63,950 nucleotides of DNA, filler included, from Conidiobolus incongruus B7586 (GCA_000697335.1; 46 parts of 46 records of this genome joined end to end with filler, not necessarily neighbours in it), one strand, 5' to 3'. Shown: positions 14,250-28,637, counted from the first letter of the whole stretch. Translations and numbers: made by a program. The notes: a model not told the origin generated them from the sequence alone.

Positions 14250-15276
14250 ATTAACAATTTTTTTTTCTAATAATTTTTTGCTATACTATTGGCTTGATTT
14301 TACTATCTAAAATTTAGTTTATTTTATTTAATAAAGATATTTGATATTTTATAAATTAATTAAATTTTTTGGTAAATTTTTTTTATATATTGGTTTTGAC
14401 ATAATCAAAGATAGTTTTAATTAGATCATCTATAATCTGGGGAGTATAATAGATATGTTATCTTTTTCCAGTTATTTTCAATTAGAGAGTTTTTTATAAC
14501 TTTATTTTTTTATATTTTGCATTTACGATAAAAATAATATTTCTTTTCCAATCATATTAAAAATATTATTTAAAAATGATTTAATAAAAAAATAGCAATA
14601 TAAAGTTTATAATTAATTGATTTTCCTTCAGGAACTAAATAAAAATAATATATGATACTATAATTTATTATAACAGTTAATATTTATTGAAAACAATTTA
14701 TGGAATAGGTTGATTTAACTTAATTTAACATCTTGAAATATAATTCAATAAATTAATATACAAAAGGATCTAAAATTTATTAATTAAAATAATTTAATAT
14801 AAAAACTTTTATTTCTGGCTATATCATAGAAAATTTTATTTAATAATATCCATATTAGCTTTTTTTGAGCATTATTTAAATATTAAAATACCAATTTTAT
14901 ATATAAATCAATTGAATTTTTTTAAATTTTATTATATATAAAAATTATATAACTATTATGAATATAATTTGATAAATTTTTAGCTCAATTAAAGTATATT
15001 TTTTAATATAATTTTTTATTTTATCAATAATCAAAAAATAATAATAAAAATTAGTCTTTTATTTTTTAATAAATTTTGGATAGTTTTATTATTAGTTTAT
15101 AATAATTTATCTAGCAATAAACTATTATTTAAATAAAATTTTATTATTAAATGTTGTTTATATAATAAAAATAATTTTTTAACGTTTATTATTTGATATA
15201 TTTAATATAAAATTAATAACTAATGATAATTTTTTTAAAATATGAATTATAATTAAATAAAATATTTAATTTTGAA
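14250..15276 (-). mobile_element. Degenerate mariner (DD34D) copy
   Basis: Minus strand keeps unmutated TAC TCC CCA GAT TAT = YSPDY (14432-14446), preceded by NWKK. Confidence 0.88.
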
Positions 15277-15667
15277 NNNNNNNNNNNNNNNNNNNNNNNN
15301 NNNNNNNNNNNNNNNNNNNNTTAATTAATTAANNNNNNNNNNNNNNNNNNNNNNNNNNNNNNNNNNNNNNNNNNNNATTTAAAAATCTTATCAATATTAA
15401 TGTTTATATATATAATATATATTATTAATAAATGTTAAAGATATAGTTAAATTTATATAAATTATTTGAAAAAAGATTTAAAATTAATTTTAATATTAAT
15501 AATCGACTTTATATAAAATATTCATATTATAATTACATACTAGGTTTTTTTTTTATATTTAATTGAATAATAATATTCTCAAAGATAATTATTATTTAAT
15601 TTTTTTAATATAAAACTTTTCTAATTATTTTTAATACTCAATTAATATTTATCTATTTAATATTAAT

Positions 15668-15920
15668 AAGGGCTAAACTTCCACATTAGAAATCCTATAA
15701 ATGGGTACAGAGTATTAGGTAAAAATACCAAAAAAATAAGTAAAAGGTAAAAAAAAAGAATAGTTTAAGTTAATAGAAATAAAAGAGAGGGTTTATTTAG
15801 GGAAGCCAGACGGTTTAAATATTTCAAACTCAGCCAATTATGGCTTATAAAGTGGATTTAATAGAATATCGCCATTTCTTAGGAAAAAGGGCTAAATTAT
15901 CCCTTTTAGTTTATATTGCA
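15668..15920. repeat. ~250-bp dispersed non-coding repeat (family D, LTR-like)
   Basis: Aligns with 26638-26893 (gagagggtttattta.g.aag.caga..gtttaaatatttcaaa ... tatggctta.aaagtggatt); ends ...ATTGCA. Confidence 0.65.
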
Positions 15921-16100
15921 AAATTAAATAAATTTAGAAATTTTGTTTTATATAAAAAAACAAAACAATATAAAATTTTCTTATTTTAATATATTATTTT
16001 ATACTTATTTGATATATTATTATTTGATTTATAATTTGATTTTATTATTTTTATAAAAACTAGCGTTGAAATTTCTATATATAATTTAATATAATTAATA

Positions 16101-16506
16101 TTACTCTGTATTTTAAATAATAGGAATAATTTGTAATTTAAAAACAATAAACAATTTGAAATAAAATAGAATTAATATAAAAATATACAACTAATAATTT
16201 ATTTAATTATGAATAGCTACTTATTATACTTTTAATAAGCTTTTAATACCTAAAAAATAATTCCTTTAAGTATTGAAGTTTGATATTTCAAAAATTAACT
16301 AAATTTTTTTAAAGATTTTCTTTATTATAGGCTGATATTTTAATTACCTAAAGCAATTATAATAATATAAGCTATAATCTAAAGAGTAGATTTGATATAG
16401 TAATTTTTTCTAATTCTTTTCAATTAGAAAACTTTTATAACTTTAGATTTATATAATTTATATTTTTATACAAAATAATAAACTTTTTTGAATTATATTA
16501 AGAATA
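16101..16506 (-). mobile_element. Mariner 3' end with terminus
   Basis: TA|TTACTCTGTATTTTAAATAATAGGAAT terminus followed by the decayed transposase C-terminus. Confidence 0.8.
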
Positions 16507-16848
16507 NNNNNNNNNNNNNNNNNNNNNNNNNNNNNNNNNNNNNNNNNNNNTTAATTAATTAANNNNNNNNNNNNNNNNNNNNNNNNNNNNNNNNNNNNNN
16601 NNNNNNTAATATTAATTATAAAATTTTAATTTAGATAATATAGTTAATATTATTGAATTTTATATAATATTAATTATTTTTTTAAATTTTATATTTATAT
16701 TTTATATTTAATTTATGAAATATTTAGTATTTTTGAATTTTATTCAAAATTTCTATTATAAATAATATCTTGAAAAATATATATATTATATCTTATTTAG
16801 TTTTTAAAAAGAAAAATATTATATATTATAATATATATATATATATAC

Positions 16849-17167
16849 TGTATTATCCTAGTGCTGGAAACTAGGATAATTGTATTGAATTAAGTTGGAT
16901 TATTACTAAGTGATAGGATTAGAATATAGTTATGGAGTTTTATTGGAAATCTTTGACAAAGACTTAGTGTTATAGCTAGGTAATTGGGTAGGTTGATAAA
17001 TAAATAGACAGATAAATAGGTAGGTAAATAGATCTTTGTTGTATTTCCTCCCCTCTATACTAGGATGAGAATGGATCAATTTAAGGGAAAGTAGGATAAG
17101 AGGTAAATTATGGGTAAACTGACATAAAAGGTAAATATATATGGATTAATTGGATAAATATGTGACA
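16849..17167 (-). mobile_element. Solo LTR (319 bp, TG...CA) inserted in a (TA)n tract
   Basis: TG at 16849, TGTGACA at 17161-17167; flanks TATAC/TATAT form a 5-bp TSD with one C->T; GC higher than flanks. Confidence 0.6.
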
Positions 17168-17834
17168 TATATATATTGATTAATATTATCAAAATAGATA
17201 TTTAAATTTAAGGAAATATTTTCATTTTTATTATAATAAATATTGACCTTTTAAATCGAGTCCTGGTTAAAAAAGATTATGTATATTTTTAATCTCTGAG
17301 TTACCCTGACTTTTTATATTTGAAAATCAAAATAAGACTAGATTTAATCAACCCCAATATAAATTAATTTGAAAAAAAATTATTAGAATTAATAACCAAA
17401 AGCTTTTTATTAAGAATATTAAGCTAATTTGATATATTTTTGGAGAAATACAAATTCTCTGGTTATATCAATATTCAATTCTGATGACTTCTTGATTAAA
17501 ATTAAATAATTATATCCTTTATAATAATCTAGTAAAATAATTAATTAAGTTTTTCACCAAATATTTTATAATAATTTGGTAAAAAAGAGTTATAATTATT
17601 AATATTAAATAATAAAATTGCTTGGCTATTAGTTATATTATAATTGTCTTATTTTAGCCATAGTTATTTGTTTTTTTATTGTTTATTCAGTTATAAGGTA
17701 TTTATTTTATATATTTATTAATTAAAATATTATANNNNNNNNNNNNNNNNNNNNNNNNNNNNNNNNNNNNNNNNNNNNTTAATTAATTAANNNNNNNNNN
17801 NNNNNNNNNNNNNNNNNNNNNNNNNNNNNNNNNN

Positions 17835-18899
17835 TAGATAAATATAATAAGAAGTATTTTTATAGGTTGGTTAATATATGTAAGTATAATATTATTATAA
17901 AAATATCACAAGAACTATAAGACTATGTAGGAATATTGGTTAATACTAATATTATTATATATATTTATATTAATATAGATATCACTTATAACTTAAGAAA
18001 AAACACCCTAAACTAAAGAAATCCTATTATAAAGCTAGGTAGGAATTTAAATACCATTATTAATATTAAATTGAAACTAATTAAAATAAGGTTATTTAGT
18101 TTGATGAAATAAACATTTATTTTAGTAGATTTAATAAAAAAGCTAGAAGCTTCAGAAAAGATATAAAACTAATTTATAACAATTATATTAATTATATCCA
18201 AAAGTATAATGATAGGTTAATTATTATTTGGGGATATATATTATCTTTATGTGTAAGATATCTTTATAAATTAATAAGGGGATTAATGCTAAGAAGAATT
18301 AAAGTATTTTAAATAATAAATTGAAAAAAACCATTAAATAATATAGGTTAAACAAATTTGATTTTATTTTTTAACAAAATAATACTTCTTGCCATATTAT
18401 AATTTCTACTACCAAATAGATTAAAAATATAAATTTAATAGTTATATAATAGCCTTTTTAATTTCTTAACCTTAATTTAATTAAATATCATTAAAATTAG
18501 TTAAAAAAGCCATTAAAGTTTTCCCCCTAACAAAAGATTTAGATCAGTTTTAAAAATATATTTAAAAAAATAGAATAAGATTAACCTTTTTAAGTAAAAG
18601 CAATTAGTTGATTATATACCCTATAAACTTAAAAAAGTTAGAAAAGTTAAAGGTGAATATATTAGGTTTTAATTTTTTATCACAAAAAACCTGCAAATTT
18701 ATAACTCATCTTAGGTAAAATATAAGGGTTTATATTTTAGCCAAATAATAGCTAAATATCATCATTTTATGATATATATTATTAATTAATATAACTAATT
18801 TTAATTATTTAATTTAGGTTTATTTCATTAAATATTAATTAAGTTATTAGTAAAAATATTAGTATTTTTGATTTTATGACTTATTTTTATAAGTTAGTA
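17835..18899 (+). mobile_element. Degenerate Tc1-like (DD34E) copy with right TIR and TA
   Basis: Retains VI*FDE, IWG and SCH; TIR ends ttttgattttatgacttatttttataagttagta|TA. Confidence 0.92.
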
Positions 18900-19057
18900 T
18901 ATATATATAAGTAATAACTAAAAAATTACTATAATATTAAAATATATTCAAAATAAANNNNNNNNNNNNNNNNNNNNNNNNNNNNNNNNNNNNNNNNNNN
19001 NTTAATTAATTAANNNNNNNNNNNNNNNNNNNNNNNNNNNNNNNNNNNNNNNNNNNN

Positions 19058-20172
19058 AAAATAAATAAATATCTTTATAGATATTATATAAATATAAATA
19101 TAAAATATAAATCAAATATTTTTTTATTAGTAATTATTTGTTATAATTTTAATAAAGTTTTAATATTTCAAAAATACAGTTCTTTTAATTAAAGATTCAG
19201 ATTTGATATTTTACAAATTAATTATATTTTTTTGCAAAAATTTTTATTCTTATAAGTTGGTTTTTTAATTAATTAAAGCAATTATAATCATATAGGTTAT
19301 AATCTAAAGAATATATTTAATATGGTAGTTTTTTCCAGTGATTTTTAATTCCAAAATTCTTTATAAGTTTAGATTTTTATATTTTGAAAATATTATGCAA
19401 AATAATAAGTTTTTCTAAATTATATTAATAATTCTAATTAGAAATATTTTTATTCAAAAAACCAATATAAAGCTTACTATTAGTTGATTTTCATTCAGGA
19501 ATTAAATAAAAGTAGTATATATTATTTTAACTTATTGCAATAATTAATATTTACTTATTAATAAAATACTTATTTAAAAGGATCTATAAAGGGGGTTAAT
19601 TTAATTTAATTAAGCATTTTGATTTATATTTTAATAGAAATTTATATATAGGAATTCAAAATTTATCAATTATAATTATCTATTATAAAAGCTTAGGTTT
19701 TTAGTAATATTTTAGTATATTTTATTTAATATTAGCTATTTTAGCTTTTTTGTAAGCTTTAGTTAAATTATAGGGTATTTATTTTATATTTTGATTTATT
19801 AAATTAAGTTTAAACTTTAATATATATAAAATTCCTATAAGATTTTTATTAAAATATTGAGGTAATTCTCTAGCTGAAATAAAAAGAATTTATTTTGTAT
19901 ATTTTTTACTCTATTAATAACTAAAAAGATAATAGTTAAAGTTGGTTTTTTATATTTTAGTAGGATTTAGATAATTTTTCTTTTAGTTTTAAATAATTTA
20001 TCTGTTGATAAATAATTAATTTAGATAATATTTTATTAACAAAAGTTACATATATATTTTAAATAATTTGAATGGATTTAAGGTTAAGTTTTAAAAATAT
20101 TAAAATAAAAAATATCTTATGATTACTATTTAATTTAAATATAATTAAATTAAAGATATAATTTTAAAAAGT
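19058..20172 (-). mobile_element. Degenerate mariner (DD34D) copy
   Basis: Colinear with 2672-3839; retains W and LPY(H) codons (tatggtagttttttccagtg on the plus strand) and LHNN. Confidence 0.88.
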
Positions 20173-20599
20173 NNNNNNNNNNNNNNNNNNNNNNNNNNNN
20201 NNNNNNNNNNNNNNNNTTAATTAATTAANNNNNNNNNNNNNNNNNNNNNNNNNNNNNNNNNNNNNNNNNNNNATATCATAAAATATTTTGATAATATATT
20301 TTTTTGAAATACTATAATATTTAAAATATTATGAGCTCATATTTTAAATAAAAATTATTAATCTTTATTTATTAATATTATCTTAAATATATTAATCAGA
20401 AATCTTTGAATTTTTAATATTTTGAATATATTATAAGATAAAATATATAGATAAATATTAAATAAAGAGGAGGTTATATATTATTTTAAAATATATATAT
20501 TATAATATTTTGATTAGAAAATTAACTTTTTAAATTTGATTGTTTAATTGAATTATATTGAAACCAAATACTAATTATCATAAGTTTATATATACCTTT

Positions 20600-21387
20600 T
20601 ATAACACTTATTAATAAACTTTATATTATTATATACAATTTACAAGGAATATTTAATTAACAAATATTATTTACATCAGCTTTTTATCACTATATTATCT
20701 ACCTTATAGCAAAATAACAAGATTTCTAATATCTGTTAAAATATTAAATATTTAATAAAATTATTAGTAATTTGATTATCAAGTGAATCAGAATTTATTA
20801 TAAAAAGAATTTTGTTATTTTAAATAATTATTTGAATACTTTTATTCTGGTTTAATAAGTAGGTTATATTTATTAATATTTCAAATCAAATTAAAAATAA
20901 TATAAATTAATACCTTACATTATAAATTGCTCCTATTAATAAGTTATATTATCAAATATTTAATCTATCTTTTCAAATTATTAATAGAAACTTAAACATT
21001 TATAACAGATTAATTTAATTGATGAATCTGAAAACAAATTATATAATCTTTTATTATAGCACAAATTAAAGTACTAAATTCAGTTAAATTAACCCTTTTT
21101 ACCAGTTCATTTATATAAATATTTTAGTAATATACAAAAAAAATATTATATTTATATAAAATATAATATATATATTACATTTAATTTAGAAACCAATAAA
21201 ATAAAAGTAAGATTTAAATTAATTGTTTAATTAAAAGATATTTTTAATTGAAGTTATTAATATAATATAATAAAATATATTATTTTATAAATCAATAATG
21301 AAAAATATAAAGAAAAAAAATTTTCTAATTCAAAATACAAGATAAAACTACTATATCTAGTATTTTTTTTAAAACTTTTGTGAATAT
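20600..21387 (+). mobile_element. Highly decayed mariner copy
   Basis: aattgatgaatctg (IDES) and gttaaattaacccttttt blocks match the family in order. Confidence 0.55.
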
Positions 21388-21613
21388 NNNNNNNNNNNNN
21401 NNNNNNNNNNNNNNNNNNNNNNNNNNNNNNNTTAATTAATTAANNNNNNNNNNNNNNNNNNNNNNNNNNNNNNNNNNNNNNNNNNNNCTAAAAGATTACT
21501 AAATATATCTAAATATATTTTTTATTATTAAATAATATTCTTTAATTATATATTATAGTTTTAAATAATTTAATATATAAATTCTTTTAAATATTAATAA
21601 ATATATATATAAA

Positions 21614-21646
21614 TTTGATTTTATGACTTATTTTTATAAGTTAGTA
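21614..21646 (+). mobile_element. Tc1-like right TIR end
   Basis: tttgattttatgacttatttttataagttagta|TA matches the end at 18899. Confidence 0.75.
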
Positions 21647-21697
21647 TATTTTTAAACAGTCTTTTTTTAATTAAAGTTAAATCTCAATCAAAAAAAT

Positions 21698-22318
21698 TCA
21701 AAAGTTATTATCAAGCCTAAATGAATAACTATTGAGCTTAGGCTCTAGAAGCCAATTATAATGTTCATTAAAGCTATTACACATATGAAATACCATCAAC
21801 ATGATTAATACTCTATAGTAAATATCAATCCTAATTTTGAAAGTCAGTCTTAATGCTTTAGCTATATTAGTCTATATAAATAAATAACAGTATAGAGTCA
21901 GGTATAGGCCTAGCAAAAACACAGGAAAGTTATCTGGGGCCTCATCAATCTTACTGGTGGATGAATTGTTATACAACCAATTCCATATTATTATTTCTTA
22001 ATTCAATGTAACTAGAGATAATTCTTAAAATAATTGGTTTATATTAAATATTAATTTATTTAATAATATCAGATATTCTGCTTAAAGTATAACCTTTAAA
22101 TAAAGGGGTATTTATATAAATTAGTTAGTAATTAGGTATAAAGGTTTATTCTAAGTTATGAGATATATCATCAATCCATTATTAATCATTATATTAGTGA
22201 TTTCTAAGCATTGCTATGCAAAACTTATTTTGTCAGGGGTTGATTTATAATTTAGCTTGGGTAGTGTAGATAATAGTTATCTATAATAATAACAGGGTTT
22301 TAGTTGATTACTAATATT
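21698..22318 (-). pseudogene. Decayed ~205-codon reading frame, possibly a non-LTR retrotransposon C-terminus
   Basis: One continuous minus-strand frame interrupted only by TAA/TAG (..IPLYLKVIL*AEYL..IWNWLYNN..LLGLYLTLYCYLFI*TN..); PLY and EYL may be decayed PLC and EHL of a CCHC knuckle. Confidence 0.3.
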
Positions 22319-22686
22319 AATAATAGTGTAAATTAAAATATTGTAAGTGAAATTATAAAATAATTTTAGGAATACAACAATTATATAAAATATATACAAA
22401 AATTATGAAAATAATATTTTATTTTGAATATTAAAAAACATTATTCTAATTTTATTAGAATATAAAACACTTATTTTTAACTTAATTCTTTATTATTTAC
22501 TATATATAAAACTATATTAAAAAATATCTTTCTATTTTCACTAAAGAATTATCAAAAGAATTTAATATAATTTATAAAATATATTANNNNNNNNNNNNNN
22601 NNNNNNNNNNNNNNNNNNNNNNNNNNNNNNTTAATTAATTAANNNNNNNNNNNNNNNNNNNNNNNNNNNNNNNNNNNNNNNNNNNN

Positions 22687-23745
22687 AAAAAATAATAAGA
22701 AATATAATTTCAAGTTAATTAATATAGATTAATATATGATTAGTATAAAAATATATCAGGAATTATAAGACTATATAAGAATATTAGTTAATATTAATTC
22801 TATTATATATTTTTTATATTAATATAGATATCATTTATAACTTAAGAAAAAATACCCCTAATTAAAAAATTCCCATTATAAAAGTTAAATGGGAGTTTAA
22901 ATATTATTATTAATATTAAACCAAAAGTAAATATATTAAGGTAATTTAAATTTTTAAAATAAAAATATATCTTAGTAAATTTAATAAAAAGCTAGATACT
23001 TTAGAAATGATATAAAATCATTTTATAACTAATAAATTAATTTTTTTGAAAGTATAATAATAAATTAATTATTTTTTAAGAATATATGTTGTCTTTAAAT
23101 ATAAGATTTTATTATAAAATTAATAATAAAATTAATATTAAGACTTATTAAAATATTCTAAATAATAAATTAAAAAAACTTTGAAAATATAAATTAAGCA
23201 AATTTAATATTTTTTTCCAACAAAATAATATCTGTTTTTTTCTTATAATTTTTTCTACCAAATAACTTAAATATAACAAAATAATTGTTTTAGTTTTTTT
23301 TAATTTCTTAATCTTAACTTAATTAAATACCTTTAGGAATAGTTAAAAAAAGCTTCCAATATTTTTCCGTAAATATAAAATTTAAATCAATTGTAGGAAT
23401 ATATATAAAAAATTAAAAATAAAATTAACCCTACTTAATAAAAGTAGTTAATTGATTTTATTCCGTATAAACTTAAAGCATCAAAAAAAACTAAAGATAA
23501 ATATACTAGGTTTTAATTTTTTTCTCACCAAAAACAAGTAAATATATAACTCATCTTAAATAAAATTTAATATTTTAACCAATTAATAACTATATATCAA
23601 TATTTAATAATTTTTATTATGAATCAATATAATGAAATTTAATTATTTAATATAAGTTTATTTATTAAATATTAATTAAATTATTAGTAAAAATATAAGT
23701 GTTTTTGATTTTATGGTTAATTTTTGTTATTTATTATATATATTT
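22687..23745 (+). mobile_element. Degenerate Tc1-like (DD34E) copy
   Basis: Colinear with the family; KWEF retained; decayed right TIR ~23530-23745. Confidence 0.88.
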
Positions 23746-23883
23746 TTTAATAAATTATATATATTTTATAAAAATATCAATTTNNNNNNNNNNNNNNNNN
23801 NNNNNNNNNNNNNNNNNNNNNNNNNNNTTAATTAATTAANNNNNNNNNNNNNNNNNNNNNNNNNNNNNNNNNNNNNNNNNNNN

Positions 23884-24977
23884 AATAAATTAATTTATAA
23901 GATTATTAGAATTACTAGTGTTAGTTAATTTATTATAGCTAAGGTTATTAAAAATTATAATAAAGATATATTTAAAATTAAACATAAATATATTAAGATT
24001 ATAGATAAATATAATAAAAGGTGTTTTATAGGTTAGTTAATTCAGGTAATTGTAATATTATTATAAAAGTATATAAAGAGTTATAAGTTTATATAAGAGT
24101 ATTAATTAATATTAATACTATTATATATGTTTTATATTATAATAAATATCATTTGCATCTTAAGGAAAAACACCTTTAATTAAAAAAATCCCATTAAAAA
24201 GCCAGATAGGAATTTAAATATTATTATTAAAGTTAAACTAAAATTAATTAGAGTAAGGTTATTTAATTTGATAAAACAAAAATATATTTTAGTGGATTTA
24301 ATAAAAAAGCTAAATATTATAGAACAAACAAAGAATTACTTTATAACCATTATATTATTTTAACCTAAAAATATAATGATAGGTTAATTATAGTTTTGGG
24401 ATATATGTTATCTTCTGGTGTAAAGTATTGTTATACAGTTAATAAGGGAATTAATAATAAAATATACTATAATATTCTAAATAATAAATTAATAAAACTA
24501 ATAAATAATATAAGTTAAATAAATCAGATATTATTTTCCAATAAGTTAATATCCTTTGTAATATTATTATTTTTTTTATCAAATAGTTTAAAAATTATAA
24601 TATAATAATTATAAAATTTCTTCTTTAATCCCTTAATTTTAAATCAATTAAATATCTTTAGGATTAGTTAAAAAAATAATTAAAACTTTCTTATTAGCAA
24701 AAAATTTAAGTAAGCTTTGGGAATATATTTAAAAAGCTTAAAATAAAATTAATCCTTCTTAATATAAGAAGTTAGTTGACTCTATACCCTATAAAATTAA
24801 AAAAATTATAAAAGCAAAAAATAGAAATATTAAGCTTTAATTTTTTTAATAACCAAAATACACAAATATATGATTTATTTTTGATAAAATTTAAGTTATA
24901 ATATATTAACTAAAAGTTAATATAACTGGATTTGATATATTTAATTATAAATAAATAATATAAGTTTATTATATATT
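23884..24977 (+). mobile_element. Degenerate Tc1-like (DD34E) copy
   Basis: Colinear with the family; W-G codons, SSGV, LWEY and LVDSIP relics. Confidence 0.9.
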
Positions 24978-25077
24978 NNNNNNNNNNNNNNNNNNNNNNN
25001 NNNNNNNNNNNNNNNNNNNNNTTAATTAATTAANNNNNNNNNNNNNNNNNNNNNNNNNNNNNNNNNNNNNNNNNNNN

Positions 25078-26169
25078 AAAATGCATTTATATATTAATTA
25101 ACTTTATAATAAAATTAATCAACTTATAAGATTATTAGAATTATTAGTGTTAGCTAATCTATTATAGTTAGGCTATTAAGAATAATATTAAAAAAATACC
25201 TAAACTAAAACTTAACTGTATTAAAATTATAGATAAATATGATAAAAAATATATTTATATATTAATTAGTATAGGTAAGTATAATATTATTTTAAAAATA
25301 TAATAAGAATTATAAAACTATATAAAAATATTAGTTAATACTAATATTACTATATATGCTTTATATTAAAATAAATATCATTTATACTTCTAAAAAAAAC
25401 ACCCTTAACTAGAAAAATCCCATTATAAAGTTAAGGAAAAATTTAAATATCAATACTAAAGTTAAACTAAAATTAACTAAAATAAAGTTATTTAATCTAA
25501 TGAAACAAAGATATGTTTTAATAAATTTAATAGAATAGTTAGATATTTCAATAGATAAAGAATTACTTTATAATAATTTTATTATTATAATCTAAAAAAA
25601 TAATAATGGGTTAATTATGGTTTAAGGATATATGTTATCTTTTGGTATAAGATATCTTTATAAGGTTAATATGGGAATTAATATTGAGATATATTAAACT
25701 ATTCTAAATAATGAATTAAAGAAAATATTGAGTAATATAAGTTTAATAAATTAAATATTATTTTCCAACAAGATAATACCCTTTATGATATTATAAATTC
25801 TATTATTATATAGCTTAAAAATAACAAAATAATTACTATGAAATAATTTCTTCAATTTTTTAATATTAACCCAATTAAATATCTTTTGGATTAATTAAAA
25901 AAATTAATTAAAGCTTTCCCCCCAATAAAAATTTTAAATCAACTTTAGGAGTATATTCAAAAAGCTTAAAATAATATTAATTTTACTTAATATAAGAAGC
26001 TAGTTGACTCTATACCTTACAAACTTAAAGAAATTAGAAAAACAAAAGATAAATATACTAGATATTAATTTTTCTATCAATATTAAAACCTACCTATTTA
26101 TAATTTATCTTAGGTATATTTTTTATTTTAATATATCAATTAATAATTAATTAAATTTAACTTTATATA
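25078..26169 (+). mobile_element. Degenerate Tc1-like (DD34E) copy
   Basis: Retains TTC CAA CAA GAT AAT (FQQDN, ~25763-25777) and NPI. Confidence 0.92.
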
Positions 26170-26637
26170 NNNNNNNNNNNNNNNNNNNNNNNNNNNNNNN
26201 NNNNNNNNNNNNNTTAATTAATTAANNNNNNNNNNNNNNNNNNNNNNNNNNNNNNNNNNNNNNNNNNNNATTATAAAATTATTAAATTATATAAATTAAA
26301 TAAATAAAATTATCAAGACCAAATAAATATATATTGATGTTTGATTTATAAAACCAAAAATAGTGCTTTTTTAAAATATTAAATATATGATAAATTATAA
26401 TAATTATTAATATCTTATGTATGAATCTAGTTTTATTATCAATTGAAAATCCCAAAATATTACAAAAAAAGGTTGGTACAAATAAAAAAACATAAAGCAT
26501 TATATATAGTCTTAATAGAAATAATAGAAAGTTAGGGTTAAATTTATTAAGTATATTAGATATAAATATATTAAAAAACCATTTCCATATTATTCAAAAA
26601 AGGTTATTTGTAATAATAATAATATAATATATTTATT

Positions 26638-26893
26638 AAGGTTTAAACTTATTTTATCAAGGAGAATTCTATAAAAAGATAAGAAATATTAAATAAAAGA
26701 ACTAAAAATATAAGTAAAAGAAAAAGAAAAAATAAAGTTAAAATTAATAAAGATAGAGGAGAGGGTTTATTTAAGAAAGTCAGATAGTTTAAATATTTCA
26801 AATTTATTAAACTATGGCTTAAAAAGTGGATTTTCTAGAATATCATTAGTTCTTAGGATAAGGGGCTATATTATCATTTTTATATTTATAATA
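26638..26893. repeat. Second copy of family D repeat
   Basis: Aligns with 15668-15920 with mostly transition differences; TGTAAT at 26609 may be the true start. Confidence 0.6.
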
Positions 26894-27455
26894 AAATGGT
26901 TTTACTAATAATCAACATAGAAGTTTTACTTGAAGTTAATATTTTAAATAAATAGGATATTTATTTTGATCTAGAGAAAAAAAGGCTTATTAATCTAATA
27001 ATTGGAAAATAAGAGTTCTTTTGTTATTAAGGTTTTATATTTAAACTTATATAATTATAGGGTAAATACAAATATATTGCAATAAAAATATTATTTCCTA
27101 ATTTAAGAAATATTTTTCCTAATATTATAATTGTTATTATTAAATTACCTAAATAAAACAAAAATAATAATTATAAGTTAATCTTTTGAATTTATTAAAT
27201 TTTAATTTAAAATTCTTAAAATTATTTGAAATATTAATTAAAATTATTTTAATAAAAATTCAAATAAATCTTGAAAAGTATATATATCTTAAATTAATAT
27301 TATATTTTTAATATAGAAAATAAATTGAATTTATATTTGATAAATTAAAAAAAAANNNNNNNNNNNNNNNNNNNNNNNNNNNNNNNNNNNNNNNNNNNNT
27401 TAATTAATTAANNNNNNNNNNNNNNNNNNNNNNNNNNNNNNNNNNNNNNNNNNNN

Positions 27456-28537
27456 ATTTATAATTAAATATATTTGATCTAATTATATTAACTTTAAATT
27501 GATATATTAAAATTTAAATTTTATCTAAAATAAGTTATAAATCTGTATATTTTAGTTATAAAAAAGAAATTAAAACTTAGTATATCTATCTTTTGTTTTT
27601 CTAACTTTTATAAGTTTATAAGATATAAAGTTAATTAACTTCTTATATTAAAAAAAATTAATTTTGTTCTAAGCTTTTTAAATATATTCCTAAAGCTTAT
27701 TTAAATTTTTTGCTAGTTGGAAAGTTTTAATTATTATTTTTAATTAATCCTAAAGGTATTTAATTAGATTAAAATTAAAAGATTAAGGAAATTACTTTAT
27801 AACTATTATTTTATTATTTTTAAACCATTTGGTAATAGAAATAATAATATAACAAAAGGTATTATCTTATTAGAAAATAATATCTAATTTGTTTAACTTA
27901 TACTATTTAATAGTTTTTTTTGATTTATTATCTAAAATATTTTAATATATCTCAGCATTAATTTCCCTTTTAATTTTATATAAATATCTTACATTAGAAG
28001 ATAATATATATCCTTATATTATAATTAACCCAACTTTATATTTTTAGGTTAAAATAACATAATGGTTATAAAATAATTCTTTATTTTTTCTGAAATATCT
28101 AGCTTTTCCATCAAATTTATTAAGATATATTTTTCTTTTATTAAATTAAATAACTTTACTCTAATTAATTTTAGTTCAACTTTAATGATAATATTTAAAC
28201 TCCCACTTAACTTTATAATAAGATTTCTTTAGTTAAGGGTGTTTTTTTATCAAATATAAATAGTATCTATTATAATATAAAATGTAAATAATAGTATTAA
28301 ATTTAATTAATATTCTTGTATAATTTTATAATTCTTTTTGTATTTCTATAATAGTATTATACTTATTTATATTAGCTAACCTATATATATACCTTTTATT
28401 ATAATTATTTATAATCCTAATATACTTAAGTTTAGGTTTAGATATATCCTTATTATAATTTTTAATAAATTTAACTATAATAAACTAATTAATACTAGTA
28501 ATTCCATAATTTTATAAATTGATTTATCTTTACTATA
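27456..28537 (-). mobile_element. Degenerate Tc1-like (DD34E) copy
   Basis: Closely colinear with 5241-6437. Confidence 0.9.
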
Positions 28538-28637
28538 NNNNNNNNNNNNNNNNNNNNNNNNNNNNNNNNNNNNNNNNNNNNTTAATTAATTAANNNNNNN
28601 NNNNNNNNNNNNNNNNNNNNNNNNNNNNNNNNNNNNN

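Noticed and set aside
26282..26500. 72-aa ORF from the track (also 51972-52163)
   Set aside because: Low-complexity I/F/K/N/Y ORFs expected by chance in AT-rich DNA; no motif.
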